A stretch of DNA of 64,000 bases, taken from Octopus vulgaris (lineage: Eukaryota). The notes beneath the pieces were generated by a model. That model made no database searches. It had not been told where the DNA came from and worked only from the letters and a program-made list of their open reading frames with translations. The position numbers and the translations under genes were made by a program. Position 1 is the stretch's first letter. Each line of letters starts with the position of its first letter. Shown in pieces: positions 43,509 through 56,679 of the stretch. The DNA is taken from assembly GCA_951406725.2 (NCBI GenBank), contig OX597818.1, forward strand, positions 36,208,001 through 36,272,000, read 5' to 3'.

Positions 43509-43577
43509 CATATTACTCTACCACTGGTATTTGAGTACTCTTTTTTCCACCTTGTTTCACATTTATGTGTTTACTCC

Positions 43578-43693
<116 letters not shown>

Positions 43694-43811
43694 TATATAT
43701 ATATATATGTATGTATGTATGTATATATGTATATATATATATTGATAGATATAGATAGATAGTTATACATACGTATAAATAATATATAATATATATGTAT
43801 AATATATAATA

Positions 43812-44050
43812 TGGATGCGTGTGGTTTAGTGGTTGAACTCATGATCCTAAGGTTGTGGTTTCGATTCCTGGAGCCGACGATGCATTGTGTTCTTGAGCCA
43901 TTCACTTCCTTTCACGTTGCTCCAGTGCACTCAGCTGGCAAAAATGATTAATCCTGAGACGGACCGGCGTCTCGTCCAGGTGGGAAATTTCTACGCCACT
44001 GAAACCTGGAAACCGGCCTTTATGAGCCTGGCATGGCTCAAGAAGGAACA
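43812..44050 (+). mobile_element. diverged tRNA-SINE related to family C
   Basis: TGGTTTAGTGG and GGTTTCGATTCC head; shared tail ATGAGCCTGGCATGGCTCAAGAAGGAACA. Confidence 0.7.
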
Positions 44051-44109
44051 TTTATATATTTTTTATTTATAATATATACAGTATTTAATATATATATTTC
44101 TCTCTTTCT

Positions 44110-44316
44110 CTCTTTTACTTGTTTCAGTCAGTTGACTGCGGCCATGCTGGAGCACCACCTTTAATCGACCAACTCGACCCCGGGACTTATTCTTTTGTAA
44201 GCCCAGTACTTATTCTATCGGTCTCTTATGCCGAACCGCTAAGTAACGGGGACATAAACACACCAGCATCGGTTGTCAGGCAATGCTAGGGGGACAAACA
44301 CAGACACACAAACACA

Positions 44317-44362
<46 letters not shown>

Positions 44363-44526
44363 TACGACGGACTTCTTTCAGTTTCCGTCTACCAAATCCA
44401 CTCACAAGGTTTGGTCGTCCCGAGGCTATAGTAGAATAGACTTGCCCAAGGTGCCACGCAGTGGGACTGAACCTGGAACCATGTGGTTGGTAAACAAGCT
44501 ACTTACCACTCAGCCACTCCTGCGCC
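44110..44526 (-). mobile_element. SINE family A copy
   Basis: Full-length reverse-complement copy. Confidence 0.85.
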
Positions 44527-44618
44527 TATATATATATATATACATATACATACTATATATTATACATATAATATATATATAATATGTATATATATAATAC
44601 ATAAATATATATGATATA

Positions 44619-44675
<57 letters not shown>

Positions 44676-44691
44676 ATATCTGTAATATAAT

Positions 44692-45844
44692 ATGTGACAA
44701 TTATTCAGTTGCCATAATAAGACTCCGAGTTTCGGATGTCGGGGCGGAGAAATGCTCTGGCCTCTTGTCAGTTATCGAGGCAATGAAAAGATACTATGAA
44801 AATTACTGTTAAACAAAGGGAAATTACTATATAAATGACCGTTCTTAAGTCAAACAAAAGACCTATTAAAATGCCCGTTAAATAAGGGGGAAAACCGAAG
44901 GGGAGAAAGTAAAAAGGTAAAGGTAAAGAAATAAAAATGCTCATAGAAATCGTGAATGTTCGCATGCACATACATACATACATACACATGCGCGCATGCA
45001 CACCCACGTAAATGTGCCTATATTCATATCCTCATGTGAGTATACATGCGACTGTTCCACCCGAGTGTGAGTGTGCATATGCAGATATAGCATGTGCGTA
45101 TTTTAGACGTGTATTTGAATATAACTGTGCGCATATGAGAATGTGCACGTGTGTGAGTGCGCGCGTGTGAGTGCGCGCGTGTGTGTGCGGATATACATAT
45201 GTGTACATCCTGTGTGAATGTGCGTGTGTGCGGGTATGTATATATGTACATGTATATGTACATGTGTATGGTTGCATATATATGTTGGTGTACATGTATG
45301 TGTTTCACGCGAGTGTGAGTGAGCGTATGCATATATACCATGCGCGTATTTTCAGAAGGGTATTGGATATAAATTGTGCGTATATGGATATGTTCACGTG
45401 TGTGTGGGCGCATGTGTGGTGTGTGTGCGGATTTGTATACTTGTACATGCATGGTTGCATATATATGTGCAGATATAGGTGTATGTGTAGGTTTGCATAT
45501 ATGCGTTTCACAGAAGTGTGAATGAGCAAGTGCATATAGGCACATGTAGGTGGGTGTGCATGAGCGCATGTTTATGTATGTACATGCACGCATACGCGAT
45601 TCCTATGAGCATTTTTACTTCTTTATCTGTTTACTTTCTCCCCTTTGGTTTTCCCCCTTATTTAACGGTCATTCTAATAGCTCTTTTGTCTTAAATAACG
45701 GCCAATTACATAGTAATTTCCCTTTGTTTAACGGTCATTTTAACTGAATTTTTTGATTGCTTCGATATCTGACGAGATGCGCGAACAGTTTTCTGCCCCG
45801 ACATCCGAAACTCGGAGTCATATGGCAACCGAATAATTGTCACA
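44692..45844. mobile_element. about 1.15-kb inverted-repeat PLE-like element with two outward-facing HHRs
   Basis: Arms about 44692-45022 and 45533-45844 are reverse complements; HHR motifs at 44717-44775 (-) and 45765-45823 (+). Confidence 0.8.
45765..45823 (+). ncRNA. type I hammerhead motif
   Basis: ATAT-CTGACGA-GATG...CATCC-GAAA-CTCGGAG-TC-ATAT; GUC triplet, near-palindromic stem III. Confidence 0.7.
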
Positions 45845-46165
45845 CATACATACAGATAAAATCCTCTATTTACATAATATCGTGGTCTCATTCATTCTTT
45901 TGTTGTCTTACTATTGCTATTAAAATAATATAATATAATATATATATATATATATATCGAAATTGATTCAATATAGAAATAACGAACTTTTAAAAAATTT
46001 CTGTTGGCCAGCTTTCCTAGATTTCAGCTCTACGTGTTTCCTGTAGCGAGTAAATAATATGTGGAAATTGACAATTTAAAAGTCTGTTATCAGCATATTG
46101 GCTTAGAAATAATTTTCTTTAGCCCTTGTTTATAAGTTATATACATATATATATATAATATAAAA

Positions 46166-46229
<64 letters not shown>

Positions 46230-46726
46230 TAATAAATGCGCCACTTTAAAGCCTAGCTAGGCTCATGGGCTCAGTTTTCCGGTTTCTATGGTGTATGCGT
46301 TCACCAGCTGGACGAGACGCCAGTCTTTGAGGAATATTATTAGAACACTCTCGTCAAAACGTCTACCAAGTGTGAATGTAACAGGCTGACAGGCTGAATA
46401 TCAATGTTTGGGACAAACAAATAAATGTATGAAGCATCATAGAGGTTAGTTGGCCTGCTGACGTGAAAATCTCTTTGAAAATCATAAAGAGAAAAAATAA
46501 CTGCTGACTACTGACTCGAAACCTTTTCCTTCTATACCCAGGTTATAAATTCACATTTATACCAATAATAATTGGTGCACTTCTTGCTCCCAAGCGCCTC
46601 TGAGACAATCTGGATAAGCTAAGGTTTTTATTAAAAGAAATCAACCAACACGCACATTAAAAATATAATCCGTAAGCGGAAGTTCAGCATGACTAAAAAT
46701 AAAAATAAGAGACAACATGCATATTA

Positions 46727-47172
46727 TGATCTTTTTGGTTTGAACGGCAGTTTTTTCTAGCGGTGTCATATGAAATTGTCACCCATAATTATGACCCTAG
46801 TAACGATCTATTGCATTTCAATCTGTTTTAGGGTTAGTTAGTGTTAGGGTTAGAGTTAGGGTTAGGGTTAGGGGTGGAGGGAAGGGTCTCTTTTTTTCTT
46901 CAGAAATGTAAATAAACCCTATCTGATTCTTAAACGAGGGACATATTCATACGGCACAGTATGTTTTCACCTCAATAGACGTCATTGATTGGTTGAAATT
47001 GCAGAAATTGAAGAAAAAACAACAACAAATATCTTACAAACTATAGAATTTTCTCAATAAAGCCAAGAGAAAAAGATGTTTTATAAACACATTCTACCAG
47101 TATACGAAGTTTAAATGTGTTTAGTTAAGTGGAAATTATTTTAAAAAACTGCCGTTCAAACCGAAAAGATCC
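46727..47172. mobile_element. Merlin-like MITE with internal TTAGGG-like array
   Basis: About 29-bp TIRs; perfect 8-bp TSD GCATATTA. Confidence 0.88.
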
Positions 47173-48589
47173 GCATATTACACTCTATAATCCACATACT
47201 ACATTTCGATAAATTTTATTTCCGATCATCATCAGGTGCCATAGCATGGACATGTCCATGGTTTCAAAGTGGATTTAAATGAGGAAAATATTATTTCTAA
47301 ATAAATGTTCAATGTAACCTTAACCACTGAGATACGTCAGTTTTCCAGTCAATAAGGAAATTATCTATGTATTTATTTCCCTATTGCTTTGTCCTTGGCT
47401 TTTCCTCCATATTGCTGAGCATGAAAAACTTCTGTCGTCATCGATGAACTCCCATAGAAAATCCACCATGGATGAACACGAACTGAAAGTGCAACAGCAG
47501 TATTCATCGACTACTCCCGTGTGGTTGCAAGTTATTATTTTATTTATTTGTTGAACTGTATGCGGGATCGTAATAGATAGCCTGAGCAAGTCTGGCAAAC
47601 CAAACGAAGGAAGAGCTTCTAGAAAGACACTCTTCTTAATATTTCAGGTACCTCCATTACACTCGATTATCGCTCTCACGCCGTTTGGTTTCATCACTTT
47701 CTAACTGGGGAATTTCTCTCTCCTTTCTTTCTCTCTTCATTTTTTAAAATGTCTATTTGTTTCCTATTCTTTTTTCTTTTATGCCAATCAGTCATCTCTT
47801 TTCTTTTCTGTTTCCACATTTCTTGCCGTTTTCATCTTTCACTATTTCATTATTATGATACGTGTATCTAGGGAGGAAGATTGATTACGGCCTTAGTTAC
47901 GGCCCTCTACATTTTGATTTCAAGCCTCACCTTGGTCGAATTTACGTTTCATCCTTCCGGGTTCCATAAAATTAAGGACTACTTAATTATCTAACCCTTG
48001 TTAAAATAAAAACAAAAAACTACTGGTCTTGTGTCTAAATCCTCCTCCTCCTCCTCCTCTTGATCATCATCATCATCGTCGTCATTTATTAGTGATGATG
48101 ATATAATGATTATTATATCTGACATACTCAGCTTGTTGCTGGAAGTGTCGTTAACGTACCAGCTGTTCGTTTCCCACGAACTAAGGTATTATGTACTTTT
48201 CAACTTTCGAAGACTTTGTGGAAACTTCTTGCACTGTCATGTTTACTATTTACTGAATGCTGCTCTATTTTCTTTTTACGTGCCTATCTTCGCTAATTAT
48301 GTTGCAATTTCTTTTCAAATTCTACCAGGGCACCAACATTTATTGGCCCAATATGGCACAATTTTCATTGACGATAACGCTTTGAATTTCTTTTTTCCTT
48401 TTTTTTCTTTTTGTGATTCTACACATTTCAGCCAACACGTTGCCGATGATCAAGCACGATTTCTCTCCCCTGTCTAACGGTACAATGTGGAATTTTCGAA
48501 GTTCGATTCCATGACTACAATGGATCATGTCTCAAAGTATCTTTGCTCTGTCATTTTCTACTATGAACTTTGGCTCATGTTCATACCAT

Positions 48590-49702
48590 ACCAATGCATC
48601 ACAGTATCTGGGAACTTAGTATACATAAGGGTTGGAAACTCATTCGGGTCTCTTTATAACAATCTGGGAATCTTTTCGGTTTGAATGGCAGTTTTTTCTA
48701 GCGGTGTCATATGAAATTGTCACCCATAATTATGACCCTAGTATCGATCTATTGCATTTCAATCTGTTTTAAGGTTGGGGTTAGTTAGGGTTAGTTAGTG
48801 TTAGGGTTAGGGGGAGGAGGAGGGTATCTTTTTTCTTCAGAAATATAAATAAACCCAATCTGTTTCTTAAACGAGGGACATTTTCATACGGCACAGAATG
48901 TATTTACCTCAATAGACGTCATTGATTGATTGGTTGAAATTGCAGAAATTGAAGAAAAAAAACAACAAATATCTTACAAACTATAGAATTTTCTCAATAA
49001 TGCCAAGAGAAAAAGATGTTTTATAAACACATTCTACCAGTATACGAAGTTTAAAAGTATTTAGTTACGTGGAAATTATTTTAAAAAACTGCCGTTCAAA
49101 CCGAAAAGTTCCCAATCTGTCTTTCCTTCAGTTTATCCTTTGGTTCTGATTTAAGATTTTTTTTCATCAGAGGAAAACCAAAGCATTCCAGCATTTTGGT
49201 GTTTTAACTTGTTTAGCAAACACTTTGCAGAAAGCGAACGAGTTTCCCTTCTCACATCCGACATATGCTGACTCCTCCACATTAAATACGACTTATAGCG
49301 GATGTGCTCAGGCACAACTCTTATGATGGTGCACTCTGAAACATTGAGGCCCTTTGCAGTGGCTCTAATTGTCTTCCCGGGGGTTTTATTGATTATTACT
49401 TTAGCTTTTTCTTTTGTCCAAAATTACGTGTTCTGTTGGTATTACGATTCAGTTCATGCGTTTTGCATTTAGCCGCTGACGTTGGATCCCCGTCAGCAGC
49501 TCCCAGCTCCTTTTTGTACTTTGATAACGAAGGATCGAGCAACTTTCAGGAAGTGAGCTATCTTTGTATCACAATGCTGCTCTTTTAATGCAACGGCTGC
49601 CGATGTTTGACATTATTTATTTGAAAAGTAAGGGTGAAAAAATAAGTTAGAGGGAAGTTTGAGCTTTTGAAGGAAGTGTCCTCAAAATACTGATGCACCC
49701 TG
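48590..49702 (-). pseudogene. mariner-like (DD37D/maT-like) transposase remnant interrupted by a MITE
   Basis: Minus-strand peptides IAHFLKVARSFVIKV, LNVSECTIIRVV, AGMLWFSSDEK and DPNEFPTLMYTKFPDTVM; terminus TA-CAGGGTGCATCAG at 49702. Confidence 0.7.
48667..49112. mobile_element. Merlin-like MITE copy
   Basis: Same TIR family; flanking repeat CAATCTG(G/T). Confidence 0.85.
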
Positions 49703-49727
49703 TATATATATTTATACACACACACAC

Positions 49728-49784
<57 letters not shown>

Positions 49785-50319
49785 CTTAAAAGCCGCACTT
49801 CGTGCTGACTTCTAAGAGAGCTCCAGCAGAGGGTTAATCGGGGCTGTGGGCCAAAACCAATGACACCTAAATAGCATGACTATTTGTCTCGGGGGTGTTT
49901 GGCGTTAAGGACGAATGACAATTAATTCTGGAATGCAATCATTCTATTGGAACCCAAGTTGAGTTCCAACTGTTGGCCAATTTGTCCCAAAGTTCTTATC
50001 TCGAGGTAAAATTAGCGAATGTCATTTATCTCCCCCTTGATCTCTGACGTCATCTGACAAACGTAAAACACGGTGGTGCGAATCAGCCAAACTTAAAATA
50101 CAAGAAATAGCAACCCAAATGTTTTTAAATCAGATCCCAATGCTGGAGGCCCAAGAACCGAATGAAGGGCAGATTTTCAATCCTGGGATCAACCTATTTC
50201 CAAAACGGCTTAATATGTCTATTTAGAGCAAATGTAACCTGAGATACAGAAGTCCCAGATGAATAGACAGAATTTCGCTCTCCTTCTTCTTCTCATTATC
50301 ATCATCATCATCATCATCA

Positions 50320-50350
<31 letters not shown>

Positions 50351-50358
50351 AAGATGAA

Positions 50359-50732
50359 ATGGCTGTGTGGTAAGTAGCTTGCTTACTGACCACATGGTTC
50401 CGGTTCAGTCCCACTGCGTGGCACCTTGGGCAAGTGTCCTCTGCTATAGCCTCGGGCCGACCAAAGCCTTGTGTGAATAGATTTGGTAGACAGAAACTGA
50501 AAGAAGCCCGTCGTATGTGTGTGTCTGTGTTTGTACTCCCCACCCCATCATCGCTTCACAGCCGATGCTGGTGTGTTTTCGTTCCCGTAACTTAGCGGTT
50601 CGGCATAAAATACTGATAGAATAACTACTAGGCTTACAAATAGTAAATCCCGAGGTCTATTTGTTCCACTAAATGCGGTACTCCAGCTTGGCCGCAGTCA
50701 AATGACTGAAACAGTTAAAAAAAGTAAAAGAG
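50359..50732 (+). mobile_element. SINE family A copy with minimal internal microsatellite
   Basis: Head to tail match to family A. Confidence 0.85.
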
Positions 50733-50759
50733 TATATACATGTATCATCGTTGTCGTCG

Positions 50760-51090
50760 GGGGCGGCACCATTTGTGTCCAAGTTTCTGGTGAGTCCATG
50801 ATGTTTAAACCTGACATGCCTCAGAAGGCCAAGTCAGGAATGGAACAATCTCGGGCATTGATCGCATGGCAAGACAGGTGGCAGTCTTGACTGGAGTTGC
50901 TGGGATTTGCGTTGCCTTTTCTTTTATCTCTTTCTTAAGTTTTTCTCCTCTCCTCGACATTGCAACAGCCGAAATGAACTGTACTTCGCTTGGATGGACG
51001 GTTGGCTGAGGTCGGCTGTTTCTATTTCTGTGGCGTTAAGGTTGATTCCGGCTTCTCGGAAAAGCTTCAGTTGGTCTTTGAATTTGCATT
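50760..51090 (-). pseudogene. RTE/BovB-like LINE 3' end remnant
   Basis: Minus strand KFKDQLK...GIN... followed by a KR..RK basic stretch and a decayed Cys/His region. Confidence 0.5.
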
Positions 51091-51096
51091 TTAGTA

Positions 51097-51608
51097 CCGT
51101 AAATCCTCGAGTATAGTCCGCTCTTGAGTATAATACGCAGGGGATTTTTAGGGGGCTGTACCTCTGAAAAACCTAAACTTTATGTATAATACGCACCCCT
51201 TCTCTAACTTGAGTCAAGGAGGTTTATATAACGTCCTTGGTTTGTAAAACTGTATACGGTAACGTCCTTTATTATTATTGTATATATAACATAATGCAAA
51301 CGTGTAGCTTTTTTGTGCATTTTGTTTGCAGAAAATAAAAAAATAACAGTAATAACGTTTAATAAATATTGCTTACAGCAAGTTATGGATGATTCTTTTA
51401 TGACTTCATTGTTTTCAGGCTTAACGTAAGGTATTTTCGCGTCCGACATCACAAAATGCGTCTGAATAAACATTGCCGGACAGCAAATAGAGACTTGGAT
51501 ATTGCTTTAAAAATATTTTTCATTTTTAACCTCGTATATAGTACGCACTTGGGATTTTGACTTTTAAATTTTGGGGAAAAAATGCAGATTATACTCGAGG
51601 ATTTACGG
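51097..51608. mobile_element. Tc1/mariner-pogo type MITE
   Basis: TIR CCGTAAATCCTCGAGTATAGTCCGC mirrored by GCAGATTATACTCGAGGATTTACGG; TA on both flanks. Confidence 0.85.
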
Positions 51609-51935
51609 TACATGAGAGATCGAAGGATAAAAATCAACAGTCTGAAACTGGGATAAGCTAGAGTCATATTTATTATTAACATTTCTAATTAGCGGATTAC
51701 TTCTAAATGGATGTATTTTATAATGCTATTACTAATCTTCTTCCAGACTTGCCCAATGTCCGTTTATCTGAGAAAATAAGTCTAAATGCTGGAATAGATG
51801 CAAAATTTTCTTTGTTGTCCTTTTGCTTGAGGTATGCCTGACTCTTTGCCAGACATTTTAACCTATTAGCTCGTTGCAATTTACGAGATAACCAAATGTT
51901 TTTTGCATCAACATTATATTGTAAGTAGTAGCTTA

Positions 51936-52007
<72 letters not shown>

Positions 52008-52048
52008 ATCTATCTATCTATCTACTTGTCTATCTATCTATCTGTCTG

Positions 52049-52108
<60 letters not shown>

Positions 52109-52124
52109 CCTATCTATCTATCAA

Positions 52125-52162
<38 letters not shown>

Positions 52163-52707
52163 CATACATACAAACACACACCATTTTCTACTTTATATAG
52201 CTTATTGGTTTTATCGGAAAAAATAAAAATAGTTTTAGAATTCTTGAAATTCTAAATGTCAGAGCAATTTTTTTTTTTTATCGATCTTAACATAATTACG
52301 GAAGTGTATGTTGTTAGTTATCATGTCTACAAGATCAGTTTTGGATATTACAGTGGCAGGACACTTTAGAGTCTTTTTCAGGCGTTATGTATATTCTTAA
52401 GCTGTTTGCATTGCAACTTGGATCGTAAGACGAAAATGTTCCAGCGAATGAGCTTCACTTACGTCATCCATTTTATCAAATAGTCTATTCATTTAATACA
52501 TATTTGTTCAAGTGATAATATTCAACGTGGAATAGTTGATATTTTATACATCCATACGTGGTGCTGTACTTATTACTCAAGGAGATTACTGCGCTATGAT
52601 TTTTATCAATAAACTGGCGTCCACTATAATTCTGCAGTGAGTTATATGTCAGCAATCAAAACATATGACATCCCTTAACACGCTGCAGTACGTGCATATA
52701 TATAAAC

Positions 52708-53156
52708 GCCACTATATAAGATAAATTTTAATTTTCTTAGAGATTTTACATGTTTCGGTTCTTCTTGAAAAAACGACCCTTATCAAAAATATTTTTAAAT
52801 GTAAAGTGTAATAAAAAAAAAAGTTCATAATTGTTTCTTACTAGTCTCAACAGAGTCCACGTTGTGGTGTTTTGTGGGGCGGGGGGGGACCATAATGGCT
52901 GTCTTGCGCGTTGACAAGATTCGTTGGTTGAAATTGTGAAAATGACCAGAATCTAGTCAACGCACAAGACAGCCATTATGGTCTCCACCACAAAACACCA
53001 CAACGTGGACTCTATTGAGACTAGTAAGAAACAATATGAGCTTTTTTTCTTACACTTAACTTTTTAAAATATTTTTAGATAAGGTTCGTTTTTTTCAAGA
53101 AGAACCGAAACATGTAAAATCTCTAAGAAAATTAAAATTTATCTTATATAGTGGCA
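52708..53156. repeat. long fold-back repeat (about 210-bp arms, about 25-nt loop) with an HHR variant in each arm
   Basis: GCCACTATATAAGATAAA...GACAAGATTC mirrored by GAATCTAGTC...TTTATCTTATATAGTGGC. Confidence 0.9.
52743..52790 (-). ncRNA. hammerhead variant with U3-A8 covariation
   Basis: Minus strand ATTT-TTGATAA-GGGTC...GAACC-GAAA-CATG-TA-AAAT; palindromic stem III ACATGT. Confidence 0.6.
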
Positions 53157-53208
53157 TTTTCAAACTTCCTTTTTATAAATGTATACCTACTCGTATGCCA
53201 CCTACACT

Positions 53209-53264
<56 letters not shown>

Positions 53265-53499
53265 AAGATTTAAAAAGTTATAAAATCTTTTATCAGATTG
53301 TTAAAGCGCCAGTGTGTGGGAGCGCATAAATTAATTAAAAGAATAATCGAAAGCGCTCGCACAGACGAGGAAAAAAATCTACCAAAAACGTTAGTGACAT
53401 GCTGATAGAAGATTTTATGACTTTTTCTTTTTAAAAATTTTTTTTCAAAAATCCTCTTTTTACTTAAAAACTGTATTAAGTAATTTTCAGAAACACTTT

Positions 53500-53562
<63 letters not shown>

Positions 53563-53699
53563 CTTAAGGTGACCCGATCCACGCGCGGGTGAGGGTGTGG
53601 TTATTACCCGATCGCCACATTCTCCCTCTTTGTTCTCTCGTGCATTCTCTTACTCTTTTCTTTCTTATCTGGTGACCCTCTTTGGTCAGACACTGGGTG

Positions 53700-53900
53700 G
53701 TTGTTTTATGGAAGACCAGCAGTCGCCCATGCATAGCGGCTTCCCTCTCCACGTCACCGATGTTGTCCAAGGGAAAGGCAAGGGCCGATACAGCTTACTG
53801 TCTGTCAGCTGAGTGAAATGGAGCAACGTGAAATAAAGTGTCTTGCTCAAGAACACAACACGCAGCCTTCCTTTCACAACCTCATGATCGTAAGCTCGAC
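53700..53900 (-). mobile_element. diverged CORE-like SINE fragment
   Basis: Minus strand GTGTTGTGTTCTTGAGCAAGACACTTTATTTCACGTTGCTCCA, similar to 43885 and 59003. Confidence 0.55.
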
Positions 53901-54446
53901 GCTCTAAGCCACATTCTCCCTCGCGTTCTCTTACTCTTTTTCTTTCTCTATCTATCTCTCTCCCATTTATTTAAAAAAACAGAAGGATTCGGAAATTCAG
54001 ATGGCCGAAGAAGGATTGGAGAGACTGTTTAGAGTGGAGGAGGAAATACGAGAACAGAAAAGCCAAAATAAAAGAAAGAAAATTAAAGGGAACGGTGTAT
54101 GGTATTACGTAACCTAGTCGAAAAATATTGAAACAGAAAAGAAAATACTTACGTTCAACCAAATAGTAAGAGTAAATATACCAGCATACATATATGCAGA
54201 GGACATGAAGGCGATAGTAATTGAGGAGGAAAGTTATAAAAGGCTACAAGAAAAGTGTGGAGATAACACTGACCCATCAGGAATAACGGTGGAATTCAAA
54301 GAATTGCCACCAGTAATGGATTTAATAGATATCGAACCACTAATGAAATATCACTAAAAATAAATAAGTATGTCAAAGTGACAGGAAAAAAAGAAAAGAA
54401 AAAGAAAAAGGAGGAAAAAAGAAAAAAAAAGAGTAATTTCTTTGTT

Positions 54447-54522
<76 letters not shown>

Positions 54523-54932
54523 GGCGGCGAGCTGGCAGAAACGTTAACACGCTGGGCGAAATGCTTAGCGGTATTTCGTCTGCCGCTACGTTCTGAGTTC
54601 AAATTCCGCCGAGGTCGACTTTGCCTTTCATCCTTTCGGGGTCGATAAATTAAGTACCAGTTACGCACTGGGATCGATGTATACGACTTAACCCATTTGT
54701 CTGTCCTTGTTTGTCCCCTCTGTGTTTAGCCCCTTGTGGGTAGTAAAGAAATAGGTATTTCGTCTGCCGTTACGTTCTGCGTTCAAATTCCGCCAAGGTC
54801 GACTTTGCCTTTCATCCTTTCGGGGTCGATAAATTAAGTACCAGTTACGCACTGGGGTCGATGTAATCAACTTAATCCGTTTGTGTGTCCTTGTTTGTCC
54901 CCTCTATGTTCAGCCCCTTGTGGGTAGTATAG

Positions 54933-54935
<3 letters not shown>
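54523..54935 (+). mobile_element. SINE family B dimer
   Basis: Head plus two units with junction AAAGAAATAGGTATTTCGTCTG. Confidence 0.9.
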
Positions 54936-54972
<37 letters not shown>

Positions 54973-54977
54973 AAATA

Positions 54978-55047
<70 letters not shown>

Positions 55048-55380
55048 TGTATTTGTGTGTGTGAGTTCTATTATTCTGTTATTCTTTTACCCGTTTCACT
55101 CATTTAACTGCGGCTATGTTGGTGCACGCCTTGAAGCACGTTAGTCGAACAAATCGATCCCGGAACTTATTTTTTTTAAAGCCAAGTACTTATTCTATCG
55201 GATTCTTTAGCCGAAGCTCTAAGTTACAGGAATGTAAACACAGCAATACCGGTGGTGATGGTGGGACAAATAGACATAAAGACACACACGTGCACACACA
55301 CACACACAGATACAGACATACATACTAACATACATACATATGGATATATATATTGCTATATACAATTATGATTCAGTAGT

Positions 55381-55414
<34 letters not shown>

Positions 55415-55655
55415 TTAAGTTAGACATGGCCTGGGCCAATACTGGCCAAAACCTTTCTAAGTTATTCTAAGTTATATATATGTATATATGTATGTATACG
55501 ACGGACTTCTTTCAATTTCCGTCTACCAAATCCACTCACAAGGATTTGGTCAACCCGAGGCTATAGTAGAAGACACTTGCCCAAGGAACCACGCAATGGG
55601 ACTGAACCCAGAACCATGTTGTTGGTAAGCAAGCTACTTAATTACCATACAGCCA

Positions 55656-55704
<49 letters not shown>

Positions 55705-56189
55705 GGTGTGTGTACATATATATATGTTTATATTAAACACCTCTAGTTGTGTTTCGTGCATTTTCTCGGTTTTACGAATACTGATTTTATCTTATTTTCC
55801 TTTCCCATCTGGTTTTTTACAGCGTATTTATTCCTCTTTTCTCTTCCTCGTCCTCTTTTCTTTCCTCTATTTTTCTCTCTCTCTCTCCTTCCCTCTCTCT
55901 CTCTCTCTCTCCCTCCCTCTCTCACGCTCACACGCACTCCCGTTCATTCTCTTTCATTTCGAATCCCACTCATCCCACCTCGCTAAACTCACCTACTGTG
56001 TTGCTGCTGCCAGTTATTATTCCGATAACATTTTCCTCGTGATGCCTCCTGGCACAATCATACCGATACACAACTTTCACTTTCTGTTTCGTCCTCTTCT
56101 TCTCTCCATCACTCATTCTGTCTCCCTCAATTTCTCTCTCTTTCTCTCTCTCCCAATCTATCTATTTATCCATCTCTCTTTCTCTTTTC

Positions 56190-56588
56190 TCTTCTACTTG
56201 TTTCAGTCATTTGACTGCGGCCATGCTGGAGCACCGCCTTTAGTCGAGCAAATCGACCCCGGGACTTATTCTTTGTAAGCCCAGTACTTATTCTATCGGT
56301 CTCTTTTTGCCGAACCGCTAAGTGACGGGGACGTAAACACACCAGCATCGGTTGTCAAGCAATGCTAGGGAGACAAACACAAATACACAAACACGTACAC
56401 ACACATACATACATATACATATATACGACAGGCTTCTTTCAGTTTCCGTCTACCAAATCCACTCATAAGGCATTGGTCGGCCCGGGGCTATAGCAGAAGA
56501 CACTTACCCAAGATGCCACGCAGTGGGACTGAATCCGGAACCATGTGGCTGGTTAGCAAGCTACTTACCACACAGCCACTCGTGCGCC
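56190..56588 (-). mobile_element. SINE family A copy
   Basis: Full-length reverse-complement copy. Confidence 0.85.
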
Positions 56589-56679
56589 TGTCTGTCATTA
56601 GTGGTTATTTTATTTATGTATACGCACATATACAGAATGTGTCCCAAACATGACAGCATTAAGTATTATAATAATAATA

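Noticed and set aside
46828-46875. TTAGGG repeats as a telomere or chromosome-fusion relic
   Set aside because: The array is short, degenerate and internal to a multi-copy MITE.
47195-47238. Minus-strand CTGATGA...GAAA
   Set aside because: Stem II is weak and there is no stem III palindrome or matching stem I.
47365-47598. 77-aa minus-strand ORF after an acceptor-like site
   Set aside because: No recognisable domain and no donor site; insufficient support.
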